Source: Nitrospirota bacterium
GTDB taxonomy: Bacteria; Nitrospirota; UBA9217
Reading direction: 5' to 3'
Length of the DNA: 18,828 nt
NCBI GenBank assembly: GCA_963741205.1
Contig: CAVUHW010000047.1
Coordinates: 1 to 18,828, forward strand
Below are positions 17,125 through 18,828 of the stretch, piece by piece; position 1 is the first letter of the stretch, and every line of letters starts with the position of its first letter. The position numbers were made by a program, and so were the translations under genes. The notes beneath the pieces are model-generated. The model made no database searches, was not told the origin of the DNA, and saw only the letters and a list, made by a program, of their open reading frames with translations.

Positions 17125-17315
17125 GTATTTGCTCGCGAACCCCGCGGCACTGCCGGTGAACGTTGAACTCAAGTCCGCGCATTCCCCCTGTTAGGGGTGA
17201 AGCGCCAGGAGGGGGTCAAGCGGACTGTTTTGGATGCGGATTGGTGCGTTGTCTGTGCTACGAAACGATATGCAATCTTATAATATAGGACCGATGGCTG
17301 CAGCGTATTATTGAG

Positions 17316-17344
17316 TTGCACTATCAGGATTCATCACCTATATT
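17316..17344 (+). promoter_or_regulatory. tnpB promoter predicting a leaderless mRNA
   Basis: TTGCAC (17316-17321), 17 bp, TATATT (17339-17344). The GTG start follows after a 6-nt gap and has no Shine-Dalgarno sequence. Confidence 0.55.
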
Positions 17345-17350
17345 AGAGAT

Positions 17351-18802
17351 GTGGCGATTTCAAGCGGCATAAAATTCCGTTGCTACCCGACAACGGAGCA
17401 GGCTGATATTCTCGCGCAGTGGATGGGTTGCCAGCGGTTTATCTACAACGCCAAGGTTGCCGAAGAGCGTTATTTCCGTACATTTCCGGAATCATTCGCT
17501 GTCGCTGACCGGACTACAGACGCCGATCGATCAGCAATACGCCCAGTTCAAGGACAAGGAACTCACCCCGTTTCTGTACGATGTGCCGTCTCAGGTCCTA
17601 AGGAACGGCGCAACCAGGTTCATGGGCGCCTACAAGAGGTACCTGACAGGACTGGCTGGTCGCCCTGCTTATAAAAAGAAGGCGGGACGGCAGTCCGTCT
17701 GGATTACCAGCGAGCTATTCAGGTTCGTTCCTACTGGAGGCTCAAAACAGCGGCAGGACAAAACAATATATGAGCACCGGCTGATGCTTGGCACAAAGTC
17801 GGTCGATCTGGGCGAACTTAAGTTCAAAGCTCATGATGAGTACGAGGTTCCGGCGGCTATCACCATTTCCCGGGAGTCCGGGAAATGGTATGTCTCGTTC
17901 TCCTATGAGAAGCAAGGCACAGTTTTGAGCGAGCAGGAACTTCTCGAGCTTTACGGCGGCATGTCATCAGAGAGTCTCAATACCGTTGCCCTGGGAATGG
18001 ACCGAGGGGTGAAAATCCCGCTGGCAACAAGCGACGGCATTTATGTATGACTTCTCCGGCATCCAAAAGGAGCGACTGTCAAAAAAGGATGCCCGGAAGA
18101 AGAGATATCAGAGGCAAATGGCGAGGCGCGATCAAAGGATCCGGCCGCTCTAGGCAATCAGCAGCGAAATCAGCCCGCTGCCAGGCTTATGCTGCCAACG
18201 TAAGGCATGATTTCGCGCATAAGGCCAGCCGCAAGCTCGTGGATTCACCCGCGGAGGTGTTCGTCTTCGAGGACCTCAAGGTCAAGAACATGACCAGAGC
18301 GCCAAAGCCAAAGAAGTCAGCCGGAACGGGACGTATATCCCGAACGGGGCCAAAGGCCAAGGCCGGTCTCAACAAGTCCATACTCGAATCAGCGTGGGGC
18401 AAGGTAAAACTCTTTACGACGTACAAAGCCTTGCGACGCAACAAGCTCGTTATCGCCATACCGCCGCACGGCACCTCACAGGAGTGTTCGAAGTGTTCGC
18501 ACACTCACCCGGACAATCGCCAGTCACAGGCGGTGTTCGTATTGCCAGAGCTGTGGCTTTACGGAAAACGCCGATACCAATGCGTCTCTCGTTATTAAGA
18601 GAGCGCGGCATAGAAATGCTTGTGTCCGGCGAAATTGCCGTAAAGCATCAGAAGCGCGCCATGCGGCTAAGGAAGAAGGAAACACTAGGCCGGGAACCGG
18701 CCGAAGTTACGCGCGGGGAGAAGGCAGATAAGACAGGCCTTGGGAACTACTCAGGGACTGCATGCTTCTATGATCCGTGAAACCCCCACTGCAACCATGT
18801 AA
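17351..18802 (+). pseudogene. tnpB: IS200/IS605-family RNA-guided endonuclease TnpB, ~480 aa, with about eight frameshifts (sequencing error or decay)
   Basis: HTH KFRCYPT.EQ...GCQRFIYN, GKWYVSF, RuvC-I GMDRGV, RHDFAHK, RuvC-II VFEDL, zinc finger TSQECSKC...CQSCG, RuvC-III NADTNAS and C-terminal RETPTATM with TAA at 18800-18802. Confidence 0.92.
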
Positions 18803-18826
18803 TTGGTTCAGTGGCGGGTAGTTCAT
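18650..18826 (+). ncRNA. Right end of the IS605/IS1341-like element and probable omega/reRNA scaffold (5' limit approximate)
   Basis: Subterminal hairpin ACCCCCACTGCAACCA (18782-18797)/TGGTTCAGTGGCGGGT (18804-18819), followed by AGTTCAT, overlapping the tnpB 3' end as established for TnpB reRNAs. Confidence 0.7.
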
Positions 18827-18828
18827 GG

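Noticed and set aside
17131-17230. 6S RNA, SRP RNA, tRNA or a known riboswitch
   Set aside because: I could not find the diagnostic conserved motifs or length of any of these; kept only as an unassigned structured candidate.

Overview
The window has two parts. The left ~8.7 kb is AT-richer and looks like a decayed genomic-island or integration-hotspot mosaic. It holds stacked att-arm-like direct repeats, an outer-membrane beta-barrel plus Gly-rich lipoprotein pair, an unannotated orphan Phd/YefM antitoxin gene and a small serine resolvase followed by a res-like site. Next is a three-gene cassette: a MalT-type STAND ATPase with C-terminal SARP/BTAD output, a 61-aa protein and a secreted NHL-repeat protein cut off by an IS1202/ISNCY-like end. 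An acyl-CoA synthetase remnant and an intact vapBC locus follow. The right, GC-richer part looks like core genome of an anaerobic metal or sulfur respirer (Nitrospirota- or Desulfobacterota-like; inference). It has glgP, a divergent five-gene multiheme-cytochrome operon and an IS200/IS605-type tnpB with its right end at the window edge. The operon encodes a 15-heme cytochrome with CX4CH and CX3CH motifs, a TPR protein, a cysteine-less TlpA-TPR fusion, an Ig-like octaheme and a HEAT protein. Many single-base frameshifts, mostly +1, suggest uncorrected long-read errors, so pseudogene calls are uncertain. All family assignments come from motif recognition by eye, not database searches.
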